A DNA stretch of 64,000 nt, from NCBI GenBank assembly GCA_965287045.1, contig OZ336871.1:20212001-20276000 (forward strand), read 5' to 3'. Of the stretch, positions 47,141 to 60,300 are shown in pieces. The position numbers and the translations under genes are program-made. Under the pieces are notes generated by a model, which worked only from the letters and a program-made list of their open reading frames with translations, had not been told where the DNA came from and did not search any database. Position 1 is the first letter of the stretch. Each line of letters opens with the position of its first letter. The DNA comes from Carcharhinus amblyrhynchos (lineage: Eukaryota).

Positions 47141-49556
47141 TAAGTTTTGGTGCCCAGAGTTGGGCACTATACTTCCGATAAGGCTGAACCAGAGTTTTAC
47201 ACAGGTTCATCATCATATCCTTGCCTTTGTACTCCATATCTCCATTTATAAAGCCCAGAATCCCCTACAGAATCCCTTAATTTTTAAAACATTCCCAACC
47301 TTCCCTGCCACCTTCAACTATTTGTGGCTTTAGTACCCGTAGGTCTCTCTATTCCTTTACTCTACTTAGAATTATGCCCCTTATTTTGTATTGCTTGTTC
47401 TACCAAAATGTACTTTTAAACACTATTTATTAATACCACAAGTAGGCTTATGCTGCTGTGAAGTTACTGTGAAAATCACCTTGTCGCCACATTCCAGCAC
47501 ATGTACACTGAGGGAGAATTTAGCACGGCCAATGCACCTAAGCTGCACATTTTTCAGATTGTGGGAGGAAACCCACACAGACACAAGGAGAGTGCACAGA
47601 CTCTACACAGACAGTGACCCAAGCCGGGAATTGAACTGCTATGAGACAGCAGTGCTAACCACTGTATCACTTCACTGCATTAAATTTCATCTGTCAAATG
47701 TCCATTCATTCCATATCTGATTTATATCCTCTTGAAGTTTATCACTATCCTCCTCACAGTTCACAATATTCCAAGATTTTTCGCTGCAAATTTTGAAATT
47801 ACGCCCTGCAAACTAAGTCTACATCAGTACTATCAGTCAAGAACAGAAGTGGGTCCTGGCACTCATTTTCTGTTCAATCCTGTATACCTTCTCTTGTAAT
47901 ATTGCTTTAAGGGTTTGCAGCATGACACCATTAGAAAGGAAAGTTTGAACTTTATTTATTAGTGTCACAAGTCGGCTTATATTTACACTGCAATGGAGTT
48001 ACTATGAAAATCCCCTAGTTGTCACACTTGATTGGCGCCTATTCAGGTAGACTGAGGGAAAATTTAGCGTGGCCAATGCACCTAAGCAGTGCATCTTTCA
48101 GACTGTGGGAGGAAACTGGAGCACCCAGAAGAAACCCACGCAGAACATGCAAACTCCACACAGACAGTGACCCAAGCTGGGAATCGAACCCTGGTCCCTG
48201 GGCTGTGAGGCAGCAATGCAAACCATTGTACCACTGTGCCATCCCACGTGACAAGTGTGTCATGCAGTCCTGTTTGAGTTTCATTTTCACTTTCAGCAGA
48301 GCACATACATGCAGTTATGCAGCTTGGGCATCTTGAAGTTTTATAACCACTTACATGTGTTCTCATGTGCATACTCTTAATAAATAAACCCATAATATGT
48401 TTCCACCATCCCCGAGGAATGATTGGTGCCTTTGTATCATTGTAAAAATTCAACATTATGTCCAGTCTGGAAAAAACATCATTAACTATTAGTACCTGGT
48501 TTCCACCACTCAGCCAAACACATACCCATGCTATAACTCTACCTTTTGTTCTGTGGCATTCATCTTGACTGACAAGTATATTTGGCGTTTTATCAAGTGC
48601 CATTTGGAAGGCTGCATACACTATGTCATCCTCAATACCCTCATCAACCTTCTTTGTTATCTCATCAAAACAATCAAGTTTGTTAAACAAAATTCACCTT
48701 TAAAAAAAAGTTCAGTCACGCTTTTCCTAATTAAGCTGCCCCTCTCCAACTGACTGGAAATTTTAAGAACATAAGAAATAGGAGCAGGAGTAGGCCATCA
48801 AGCCTCTCGAGCCTGCTCCACCATTCAATAAGATCATGGCTGATCTGAAGTGGATCAGTTCCACTTACCCGCCTGCTCCCCATAACCCTTAATTCCCTTA
48901 TTGATCAGAAATCTATCTACCCGTGACTTAAACATATTCAGCGAGGCAGCCTCCACCACTTCAATGGGCAGAGAATTCCAGGGATTCACTACCCGCTGAG
49001 AGAAGAAGTTCTTCCTCAACTCTGTTCTAAACTGAGTCCCCCCCCCGCCCCCCCCCCCCCCGCCCCCCCCCCCGCTTATTTTGAGGCAGTGCCCTCTATT
49101 CTGGTGTCAGGGATTTTGTCTCAGGGATTTGGATATTTTATCTCAGGGATTTGTATCTAAAACTTTCCCACACTTGGGCTTACCCTTACATTCTTTTTGA
49201 ACAAGGGTGTGTCATTTTAAATTCTCCAGTACTCTGGCAGTACACCTGCACGTAAGGAAGATTGTAAGATTAATGCCGATCTGCAGCTTCTATCATTAAT
49301 TCCCTCAGCATCCAAGATTCTATTCATCCAGATCGGTGCCGTATTGACAGGAATTCACTGGCCGTGCACGCCGGCAGGATTCTCCAGTCCCGCCGACAAC
49401 ATGCCGATGGGAAACCCGACATCAATGGGAATTCCCTCGCAAACAGCGCACCACCTTCCACCAATGGCAGGGGTGGGGGGGGCTGGAGATTCTCACCCAT
49501 CAACTTTAAGCACAGCTAGCTTTTCTGACAAAGGATCATCCAGACTCAAAACAACT

Positions 49557-49682
49557 GGCAAAATTTTACTGGCACGTCCGCCTGAGGTTCACATGATTCC
49601 CCCCGAGGCCAACGGAGAAAGCCGTTCTCCAAGCCTTGTCCGCCCCTGGAATCGGGGCAGGCATGCTGGTAAAATTCTGGCC
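49557..49682. mobile_element. Short MITE-like insertion in a Penelope-like fragment
   Basis: Imperfect terminal inverted repeats ggcaaaattttac / gtaaaattctggcc with a GC-rich interior. Confidence 0.45.
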
Positions 49683-50680
49683 ATCAACTCTGTTCTCCTT
49701 CCACAGGTGCTGTCAAACCTGCTGAGATTTTCCAGCATTTTCTGTTTTTGTTCCAGCATATCTAATGGTTCCTTTTTATGAAGTTTTACCCCATTCAAGT
49801 AACTGCCTTCCTTTCACTATGACTTGGGTAACATCTTTAAGTATTTATTTACTACCTCTACCTTCCTGCATAGATTGCTTTTCCGCCCCGCACCCCCGGA
49901 AATCTAGGCTCCCTCCTTTATTTTACAATTAACTGCTACTGAAACGTTTGGATTCCCTTTTCTGCTAGCTGCCAACCTTTTCACATACTTCCTCTTTGGC
50001 TCTCTAATTTCCTTTCACACTTCCCCTCTGAACTTTCTGTACTCAGCGTGGTTCTCACTTATGTTATTACCCTGGCATCTATCAAGTGCCCCCTTTTTCC
50101 TGCTGCATCTTAATTTATATCATTTTCGTCATCCAGAGAGCCTTGGCCTGAACTTTCAGGTAGTTGGAAATGTACCTCAACCGTACCTGAATATGTCCTC
50201 TTAAAGGCAGCTCATTGGGCTGTTAGTTTTGTTGGCTAATCTGTGATCCATGTTTAACCAGGAGAGATTTGTTCTCATGCCAATGATATGGGCCATTCTC
50301 CAATCTAGTCTTTTATTACTCTAGGTTGCTCCTTGTCCTTTTCCATGAATAGCCTAAACCTTATGACATTGTGATCACTGTTCCTAAAAATTCCCTAATG
50401 GGCATTTGATTCATTTCCTTCCCTGGAACCAAATCCAACAACATCTCTTTTCCTGTTGGACCGGGAACATGCAGATGAATAGATTCTCTTGAACTGTAGG
50501 AACTCTTCCCCTTCTGTCCTGTACTATATTACTACGTCTGAAAGCTTGTGAGATTACTATCAAATAAACTGGTTGGACTCTAACCTGGTGTTGTGAGAGT
50601 TCTTCCAGTATTACTACCCCAGTATATATTAAGACAATTAAAGTCATTAATTATCACTACTCTAAATTGCATACGTAATG

Positions 50681-51913
50681 TGTAACAATCCCAGTAGGTG
50701 TTACTACTGGATGGTCCCAACATGGAACCCTGGTTCAAAAGACCATACTTTTACTTTGTTTTTAGAAAATGTGGATGGACAGAGCCTCAAGACAACCAAT
50801 TAGTTTTTAGCAACAGAAACAAATAATTTATTAAACATGAAGAGTTTGACTGTAGCACAATAATGCTTCGCTCCCATTTATCTTCACAAATGTACACAAA
50901 TTTTAAGGATAACACAACTTATGATGTAATTCTCTCAGTAAATACAGTCCCTGTAGACCAACAAGTTAACTGTGGTCAGACACACCCCACTCTGACACCA
51001 AATGACAGATGACACCCCATCAAACTTCTGTGGATTTCTTCTCAAATCCCCCCCAGATAACTCTTACTGTGAGCCAACTGGTCTCACAAGACTCTGGCTT
51101 CCACAGGAGGGTTTCCCAAACTCCACTCTCAGAAAGACATGTCCTCTTTCAAACAATTATTTCCCTCAGGCAAGGATCCACTTCCAGGATTTCCAACTTT
51201 CCTTTCAGTAGTCCTCTGCCTTGAATTGCCACATGGATTGGATCTTTCACACAATCTCTAAGGATCCAGACATGCCAATAGCTTCTTGGGCTGTATTAAG
51301 ATGTCAGCAAACTTTTGATTTATTTTAAATATCTGATTCCCCACTTCAAATCTGATTCCTGCATCTGTCTCTGTTTCAGAACACCTTCTCTGCTTTTATT
51401 GGAATTCTGATTAACAATAGCTTGTTCAGATTAATTCTTTTTGTCCCTCTGACATAAATCTTCCTGAGATCTCTCATCATTTCCTGGTTTCTAGAACTAT
51501 CTGTTCTTTAGTCTCTGGGACTTGCTTTCCTTCCATTACTCCACTGTCCTGTGTCTGCTTCTGGCAGAGCTGTGAGAGCTGTTTCCTGTCCAGCTGCTAA
51601 GCATCCAATTAAAACTAAACTCAATAAGTCTTTCTAACTTAAAGGTAGTCCCTGGTTGCCAAGCAACAGCTTAGTCCTTCCCTTAGCTCCATTTGCTTTT
51701 CAAATCATAAACTCTCTAATCACAATACAGACACAGTTTGAAATTAAACCAAAATTTCTTTGCATGCAAACACTTTTGTTTATAATGAATTTAACTAGAA
51801 TTTTAACCCTATGTGCACAGAAGCACTAAATAAGACTCGCACACATATGTACCTTATTTCTAATATCCAACAATAGAAACACAAATACATAAAACTATCT
51901 CTGCATCCTGACA
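50681..51913 (-). repeat. Solo-LTR-like repeat (~1.23 kb)
   Basis: TGTAA...TGACA termini; paralogous to 1-700; inserted in old CR1-derived sequence. Confidence 0.55.
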
Positions 51914-53139
51914 AATTTGAGCATTTGAGGACTCTGGGTCATTCCTTGATGGAGTTTAAAAGGAGGAGGGGGGATTTTATGGAATACTGAAAGGCCTGGG
52001 TAGCGTGGACATAGGAAAGACTTTTCCATCGTTTAGGCAAGTCTAGGATCCGAGGGCACAGTCTCAGAGTAATGGACCAACCCTTTAGAACTGAGATGAG
52101 GAGAAATTTCTGTGTAAATCTATGAATGTATTGCCACAGAAGGCTGTGGAGGCCAGGTCACTGAGTGTATCTAAGACAGAGATGGATCGGTTCTTGATTG
52201 GTAAAAGGATCAAAGGTTACAGGGAAAATGCAGGAGAATGTGGTTGAGAAACTCATCAGCCATGATTGAATGCTGGAACAGATTCAATGGGCTAAATGGC
52301 CTAATTCTGCTCCTATAGCTTATGGGCTTATGGTCTAAATTTCCCTGTAAATTTACTTCTCTATATCTTTCCAACTAGCTGGTGATCTACAAATTACACC
52401 CAGTAGCATAATGACACTCCTATTTTTCTTAATTCATAATGCAATAGATTGTGTCCCTGAATCCCTTCAGGGCATTTTCTTTCTCCAGCACTGCAATATT
52501 CTGCTTAGTTATTACAGCCAACACTATGCTTTTATTCTTTGATGGGATGTGGATGGCACTGGCAAGGCACTCTATCCAGAAAAATTTAGTACCCAGTATT
52601 GCCCTCCCTTGCAAAGGCCCTTTCAAGATATTGCACATGTCTGTCTGGGGAAGAAATAAAAGGGGAGAATTTTCCTATTTCACTCACAAGAAGAATTGTA
52701 GCTGGCGAGGGGCGCACCATGTCACGGTCCGTTGCCCTCGGGCCAAATTTTCCGGTTTCAGGGCGAATGTGGCTGGAAAATCCCAATTTCTCAACAAATA
52801 GAGGCATACAATTCTAACAAATAATTAACTGTAAATTATTAAATGTGTGTCAGACCAATGCCAATCAACAGTAAAAATAGGGTGAATCAGAGCCACAAAG
52901 TACCACTAATTAAGTTATATTGGGAGGACTGATTTGTGTAAAATGCATTACGTTTTAAAGTTCAACACGAAGGTTTTAACGCATGCAAAAGGGGGGAAAA
53001 AGAAATTGGACAGAACTGTCACAAGGAATGGTGTAACGTGGGAGGACGAATGGCTAAAAATCTTTTGTGAAATAAGTAAATTGCTGGGAAGGGATTACTT
53101 TGCTGTACTTGTATATTTGCAGCTGTTCTGTGTGCAGTG

Positions 53140-53328
53140 TGCAGAGTGAGGGGCAGTCTCTCTGAGGTTGGGTGATATATTTCTCTGGGGCTGACAGTTT
53201 CCTGGTTAAATTCGGATTGCCGGCTCTGCGGGATCATTTCATTCCGATAACTTGGGAACACTCTCTCGCTTTATCTCGCCACCCCTGGCTCTGGCTCAGC
53301 CCCGATCCTCCGGAGCAGAAGCTGCGAG
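53140..53328 (+). promoter_or_regulatory. Candidate promoter / non-coding first exon of a downstream gene
   Basis: Apparently non-repetitive, locally CpG-enriched segment ending in a good donor, GAG|gtgaga, followed by G-rich sequence. Confidence 0.35.
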
Positions 53329-53800
53329 GTGAGAAGCCGGGGTAAAGGGTGCGTTGTGGGGTGTGGGGGAAGGGAAGAGTGTAGTGCCAGTAGCCCAGGG
53401 TGAAAGTCGGAGCCCAGTCTGTGAGGGTGGAAGATCCTGCCTCGCTCCACTGGCTGTACATTCTGTATACAGAAACACAAACGTGTTACTTTGTTCAAAG
53501 TGTCAGCTCAGAAACATCAGGGGTGGGTGGGTGGGGGTGGGGATGTTGAGATGGGCAATAGGGAGAAGTGTGTGGGGTGGGCACTAGGGGTCTGGGAAAA
53601 TCAAGTCTTGGGAGGAGCAACTGGGCTGGGATGAATGGGGGGGGCACTGCCCTAAGGGGATGGGCATAATAACATTCGGGGGCACAAATCATCTGAGGAG
53701 AGAGAGGTGGGCACAGGGGACTACTAGGCATAAGGAGTTATAGAATCCTACAGTGCCATTCAGTCTGCACTGACAACAATCCCACCCAGGCCCTATCCCC

Positions 53801-54327
53801 ATAAGAACATAAGAAATAGGAGCAGGAGTAGGCCATCCAGCCCTTCGAGCCTGCCCCGCCATTCAATAAGATCATGGCTGATCTGTCGCTGCTCAGTTCC
53901 ACTTTCCCGCCCTCTCCCCATAACCCTTAATCCCCTCTCCTATCAAAAACCCATCAACCCACGTCTTAAAAATATTTAACGAGGCAGCCTCCACCACTTC
54001 AACGGGCAGAGAATTCCAGAGATTCACCACCCTTTGAGTGAAGAAGTTCCTCCTCAACTCCGTTCTAAACCGCCCCCCCTTTATCTTGAGGCTGTGCCCC
54101 CTAGTCCTACTGTCTTTTTTGAGCGGGAAGAGTCTTTCCACCTCTATCCTATCCATCCCATTCATCATCTTATACGTCTCAATGAGATCTCCTCTCATTC
54201 TTCTAAACTCTAACGAGTACAAGCCCTGTTTATTCAGGCTCTCCTCATAGCTCAACCCCCTCAACTCCGGTATCAGCCTAGTAAACCTCCTCTGCACTCC
54301 CTCCAAGGCCAAAATATCTTTGCGCAG
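53801..54327 (-). mobile_element. Young CR1 3' fragment nested in a SINE
   Basis: ORF 53893..54333 matches the other young copies; SINE sequence lies on both sides. Confidence 0.92.
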
Positions 54328-57300
54328 CCCCACGCATTTACCCTAGCTAGTCCCCCTGACACTAAGGGACAATTTAGCATGGCCGGTCCACCTAACCTGC
54401 ACATCTTGGGACTGTGGGAGGAAATCAGAGCTCCTGGAGGAAACCCACACAGACATGGGGAGAATGTGCAAACTCCATACAGACAGTGACCCAAGCTGGG
54501 AATTGAACTCGGGTTGCTGGAGCTGGGAGGCAGCAGTGTTAACCATTGTGTCACCGTGCCACCCAGTCTAGGGTAGTGGTTCCCAACCCTTTACATGTCA
54601 TGGCATGCACGCCTCTATTGCATAAAAAGTTATTGAGGCATGCCTCCTATATTTTGTCTTCTTCCCTTGCTGGGAACTTCATTATTAACTTCTCCCGATC
54701 TTTTCGTCAGTCTGTTTTTACCTCTCTAGCATCCCCTGGGGTGTTGCAACCGTTTTTGAGTTTTCACTTTTTACGTGGGTGTATGGGGCCTTTGTCTTCA
54801 GCTCCAAGTCCCATGTACATGGGCCTGACCAACATAAAAATTCTAAACCACACACATGCGGCTCTTTCCAGGGCGGCGCATGCATGGGAGGCCTGAGATT
54901 CGTCAGGTCTTGGGGACGCTGATCACGGAGCTGAAAACAAAGATTAGCTTTAGTTTCATTGCATGAATTGTGAATCTTTTTTCCTGGCACACTTACGGAG
55001 TCCTCACAGCACACTGATTGGGGACCATTGGTCTCAGGGGCATGGTGCTGGGGGAACTAGGGGACAACACACTTGACTGGGGAGAGCCCCAAGGAGGCTG
55101 AATGGTGAGGGGAGACAGCCCTTGGGACAAGTCAGGGGGGATGGGGGGGTGAATGGTGAGGGGAGAGAGCCCTTGGGGCAAGGCAGGGGCGGGGTGTGGT
55201 GAATGGTGTGGCAGGCGAGAACTGAGGAAGGTGAATGGGGAATGAGTGTGCCCAGGGTGGTGGGTGAATGGGAGTACGGAAGTAACTTTAAGAGGGGAGA
55301 GTGGAAAGAAGTGGGGATGGAGAGGGGCCTGGGAAGGATGGACATCAATAAAACAAATAATCTGATCATTATCACCTTATTAAATTATAGGATCTAGCTA
55401 AATGCAATTTGCCTGCTACATTCCTTATGTTACTACAGTGACTAAACTTGTAAAGCACTTTTCATGTCCTGGGGTTGTAAAAGACACAGCATAAATATAC
55501 AGTACAAAACTTTCCTTTTCACAGACGCCTTGATGTTAATATTTGATCATGTACAGCTTAGTATTATCAGAAAGCCAAATGATATTTCAAAAAATAAAGT
55601 TCAAGATTAAGATAATCAGATTTAAAGTTGTGGCCCAAAAGGCAAATGAGAGAAGCAGATTTGATTTATTATTGTCACATGTACTGGGATACAGTGAAAA
55701 GTATTGTTTTATGAGCACCAAACAGACAAAGCATGCCTTTTAAAAGCAAAATACTGCAGAGACTGGAACCTGAAACAAAAACAGAAAAGGTTGGAAAATG
55801 TCAGCAAGTCTGACCGCATCAGTGAGCAGACAATAGAGCCAACGTTTCGACTCATTCATTGATTGGGGCAGCACGGTGGTTAGCGCTGCTGCCTCACAGT
55901 GCCAGGGTCTTGGGTTCAATTCCAGCCTCAGGTCACTGTCTATGTGGAGTTTGTACTTTCTCCTATAGCTGTCTGGGTTTCCTTTGGGTGCTTCAGTTTC
56001 CTCCCACAGTCCAAAGATGTTCAGGTTAGGTTGATTGGCTATGTTAAATGGGGGATTAGCAGTGTAAATGAGGTTTACAGGAATAAGGTCTGAGTGGGAT
56101 TGTGGTCAGTACAGACTTGATAGGCCAAATGGCCTCCTTCTGTATTATAGGGATTCTAACACATTACATCGGATAGAAGGAAGGGAGAGGGTGCAGAATG
56201 TAGTATTACAGTCATGTCTAAGGTGTAGAGAAAGATCAACTTAATATAAGATAGGTCCTTTCAAAAGTCTGATGGCAGCAGGGAGGCAGCTGTTCCTGAG
56301 TTGGCTAGTACATGATCTCAGACTTTTGTTTCGGAAGAAGGTGAAAGAGAGTACATCTGGGGTGCGTGGGGTCTTTGATAATGCTGGCTACTTTTCCGAG
56401 GCAGCGAGAAGTGCAGATGGAGTCAATGGATGGGAGACTGATTTGCGTGATGGACTGGGCTACGTTCACAACCCTTTGTAGTTTCTTACGGTCTTGGTCA
56501 GGGCAGGAGCCATATCAAGCTGTGGTACAGCCAGAAAGGATGCTTTCTTTGGTGCATCTGTAAAAATTGGTGAGAGTCATAGTGGACATGCTGAATTTCT
56601 TTAGCTTCCTGAGAAAGTAGAGACATTGTTGGGCTTTCTTAACTATAGTGTCAGATTTGTTGCTGACTTACAGATTAAAAAAAGGTTTATTTATTAGTCA
56701 CAAGTAGGGGGACTACTGAGGCATAAGGAGTCATAGAATCCTACAGTGCCATTCAGCCTGCACTGCCAAGAATCCCACCCAGGCCCTATCCCCATAATCC
56801 CATGCATTAACCTTAGCTAGTCCCCCTGACACTAAAGGGCAATTTAGCATAGTCAATCCACCTAACTCACACATCTTGGGATTGTGGTAGGAAACCAGAT
56901 GAACAAGTAAATTAACACTGCAATGAAGTTACTGTGAAAATCCCCGATTCGCCACTTTCCGGTGCCTGTTCGGGTCAATGCACCTAACCCACTCATCTTT
57001 CAGACTGTGGGAGGAAACCCACACAGACACGGGGAGTATGTGCATTCTCTGCACAGACAGTGAGGCAGGGACCCAGGTTTGATTCCCAGCTAACCACTGT
57101 GCCACTGTGCTGCCTGTAAATGGAAAGGGTAAATATAGTGTGATAATAGTTAAGTCCTGCAAATGAGCAATCTTCAAACTCCCCAATGTTTACGTAACAA
57201 AGCAGGAAGCAACATTAGGTGAAATAGCGCCTTTGTGACCAGCAGCACTATAAGCAGAGTCAGAGGTGTAGGTCAGTTTTGTTCCCTGCTCATCTCTCTC

Positions 57301-60300
57301 TCAGCTTTGCTATGCCTGGATCATTGCTGAGCAGGCAGTCCTTCTCATTGCCGAACTTTGTGAATATGTTAAAAACAACAAGTGGTAAATATAGTATGGA
57401 ATGGCATCGTGTATGGGCTAGATGGAAGAGGAGTGGTGAGCTTCTCTCCCTGGGAGGGATTTAATGAACTGATTGGGTTTTGCAACAAATTCCACAGATT
57501 AGCAGATTGGATTTATTTTCACAATTTCCCTTGGTGATATTTGAACTTTTGACCCTATACGATTAGCCCGTAGCCACCAAAGCTATAAAAAGTGTGGATA
57601 TACAATGCTAGTCGCACACACTGTTAAATCACCTCTCTGCAATGGACAGTGAAAAGAAAAAACAAAATTTAAAGTAGCTGAAGAGGCTATCCTTTCAGTA
57701 ATCAAGGGTTTTTTTACATGTTGAGACATCCTGTTATGAATTAACTCAGTCAAAGGTGGACCTGAGATGCAGTTTCTCAAGGCATTGCATAGTTAATGTG
57801 TGAAGTAATTCCAGAGAATGTGCAATATTTCCTTCACAATTACGTTATTGCTTAATCAGATCATTGGAGTGTATTTCCAGTTGCAGATGGTTTTCAGTAC
57901 ATTGCCAGAATCATTGGTTCATGTGACTCCTTTTGGAAGCACAGATATACTCACTTAAAAGGGAAATGTCTTTAGCCAATTTTATCTTTCCTTCTTAGAT
58001 ATTGGATATAAACGCCCATTGGATTAAAAACACAAAAAGCATGTAATGTACATTTGTGTAGCACCTTTAACATAGGAAAACATCCCAGGGCTTCTGATCT
58101 GTGTCACTGTGGATGCTGAACATGGCCCCATTATCAGCTAAATTCATCAAATCCTTCTATTTCTTTCTCCCTGGCTATCTCTTTATAGATATACCATGGA
58201 TATCTATGGTATCCATGGCTGAATTTCACCCTCGGGATGTGCCCAATGTAGGCGTGGCCAGAAGCGGACATAAAAACCCACTGCCCACCGAAATTGCATT
58301 GTAAACTTGACATTTCACCAGGTGGCTAATAAGAACCGTGTCTGCCGGTTGGGTTTGCGCTGCGCAGCGAGTGGGGACGCGGTGGGAAGGGATTTATAAA
58401 CGGAAGAGACAGCTCCCTGAAGGCTGTCAGGTGCTGTGGGAAGGTTGAGGGTGCTGTTTGAAAGGACTCCAGTAACTGTCCCATTTCACAAGCCATGGCC
58501 TCAGCCTCTGGTGCTCATGGGAGGTGCGGAAGAGCAAGTCGAGTGGGCACTCTCCTCCCACCACCCCTGCCACCCGCCCCCATTGTTCCACATAAACATA
58601 CAGAAAAGATCAATGAATATTCAATTGATTCCAATTTTCAATCATTGCAATCTTTGGAATCGGTGTCTCCTCTTGTGCGGGTAAAGAGATACAATGAAGA
58701 GCGGGAATCTCAGGAAAGCAGGATACAGCCATAAGCTCATGGCCCCATGTTGCACACCCTCCTCCACTGGATAATCGGATCTGTCTGGGCTGCACTTTGT
58801 CAAAAAACGAGCAAGGATCCCAGAATCTCAAGGTATCAAAAATACAAAAAAAAAGTGACCCCAGTGGTTCTAATGGGAACTATTCCTCACCCAACCATGA
58901 CAGCTTAAAGCTTTATAATTTTGAAGACTTTCTTTGGGTCACCTCTTTGCCTTCTTTTTTCTCTAGAGTAAAGAACCCAAGCCTCTTCCTGATAGCCCAG
59001 ACTTTTACTTCACAATTATAAATCTCCTTTGCATCTTATCCAGTAACTCCATACTCTTTTTGTACTAGGGGGACCAGAACTGAGCACCTACTGGGAAAGG
59101 AAACATTTGCAAGACTTTGGGGTAAAAGTGGGGATTTGGGACTAGTTGGATAGCCAAAAAAGCTGGCACAGGTATGATGGGCTGCATGGCCTCCTTCTGT
59201 GATTCTATTGAGTTCTTCACTTTCTTTTGGGTCTCCGACAGTGGATGCAAAAAGCCACGGAGATGGGAACTTAAGGAGTTTGGAGCGATAGTGTAGGTAA
59301 TGGTGGAATAATAGAGAAAGGCATGAAGAAAGTGGACCCACCACCTGTACCTGGGTCAAGTATTCCCTTCTATTAGCACCATGAGGATTGCAGTGATTCA
59401 AGAAGCAGGTTTACGAGCTGTGTCATGTCATGTCAGCTATGCCCACATCTCAAGAACAATTTTTTTAAAAAGCCAAAGACAACAGAACATAATACACTGA
59501 GTGGACTGAAAGCCTCAATGCTTTACACATTTTACTGCTAGAGGCACCCGGGCAGTACGTTGGCACAGTGTTTAACACTGCAGCCTCACAGCGCCAGGTA
59601 TCCGGGTTCAATTCCAGCCTTGGGTGACTGTCTGTTTGGAGTTTGCATGTTCTCCCCATGTCTGGGTGGGTTTCTTCCGGGTGCTCTGATTTCCTCCCAC
59701 AGTCTAACAATTGCAGGTTAGGTGGATTGGCCATGCAAAATTGCCTCTTAGTGTACTAAGATGTGCCGGTTAGGGTAATTAGCAGGGTAAATATGTGGGA
59801 TTATGGGGTTGGGTGAGATATTCTGTCGGAAAGTCAGTGTAGACTCGATGGGCTGAGTGGCCTCATTCTGTACTGTAGGGATTCTATAGTTCTAATCTAT
59901 GATTCTATACCTGAAGGGCACACTACTACATATATTTTATACATAAAATATATGTAGTAGTAGAGAATCATATATTCAAAATATATGTAATAGTGTGCCC
60001 TTCAGGAATAGAATGTCCCTGCAATCAGCCATTCTCTGTAACACTTTGAGAGGCCCCAGATCTCACAGTTTCTATAGATTGTATTCCTTCATCTTATGGA
60101 CCTCATCCCTTAACATGCAGTCTGCTGCAAACTGTCACTGCTGTCTGCTGGAAGAGACGTGACTTTCTGATTCATTGTGGCAAAAAACGTATCCGCCCCT
60201 CAACCTGATGCACATAAGATCTGAGGGAGATAAGTCAGTCAGAAGATTTCTACTGGCCACGTATTCAATGTGACCCTGAAAGACCCCAGAAATTATTAGA

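Noticed and set aside
48082-48690. 202-aa minus-strand ORF
   Set aside because: Chance fusion of a decayed CR1 RT fragment (DIVYAAFQMALDK) with SINE sequence.
52660-52790. NF-kB-like sites ggagaattttcc and ggaaaatccc
   Set aside because: They look like the inverted termini of a GC-rich MITE-type repeat, so they are not evidence of immune regulation.
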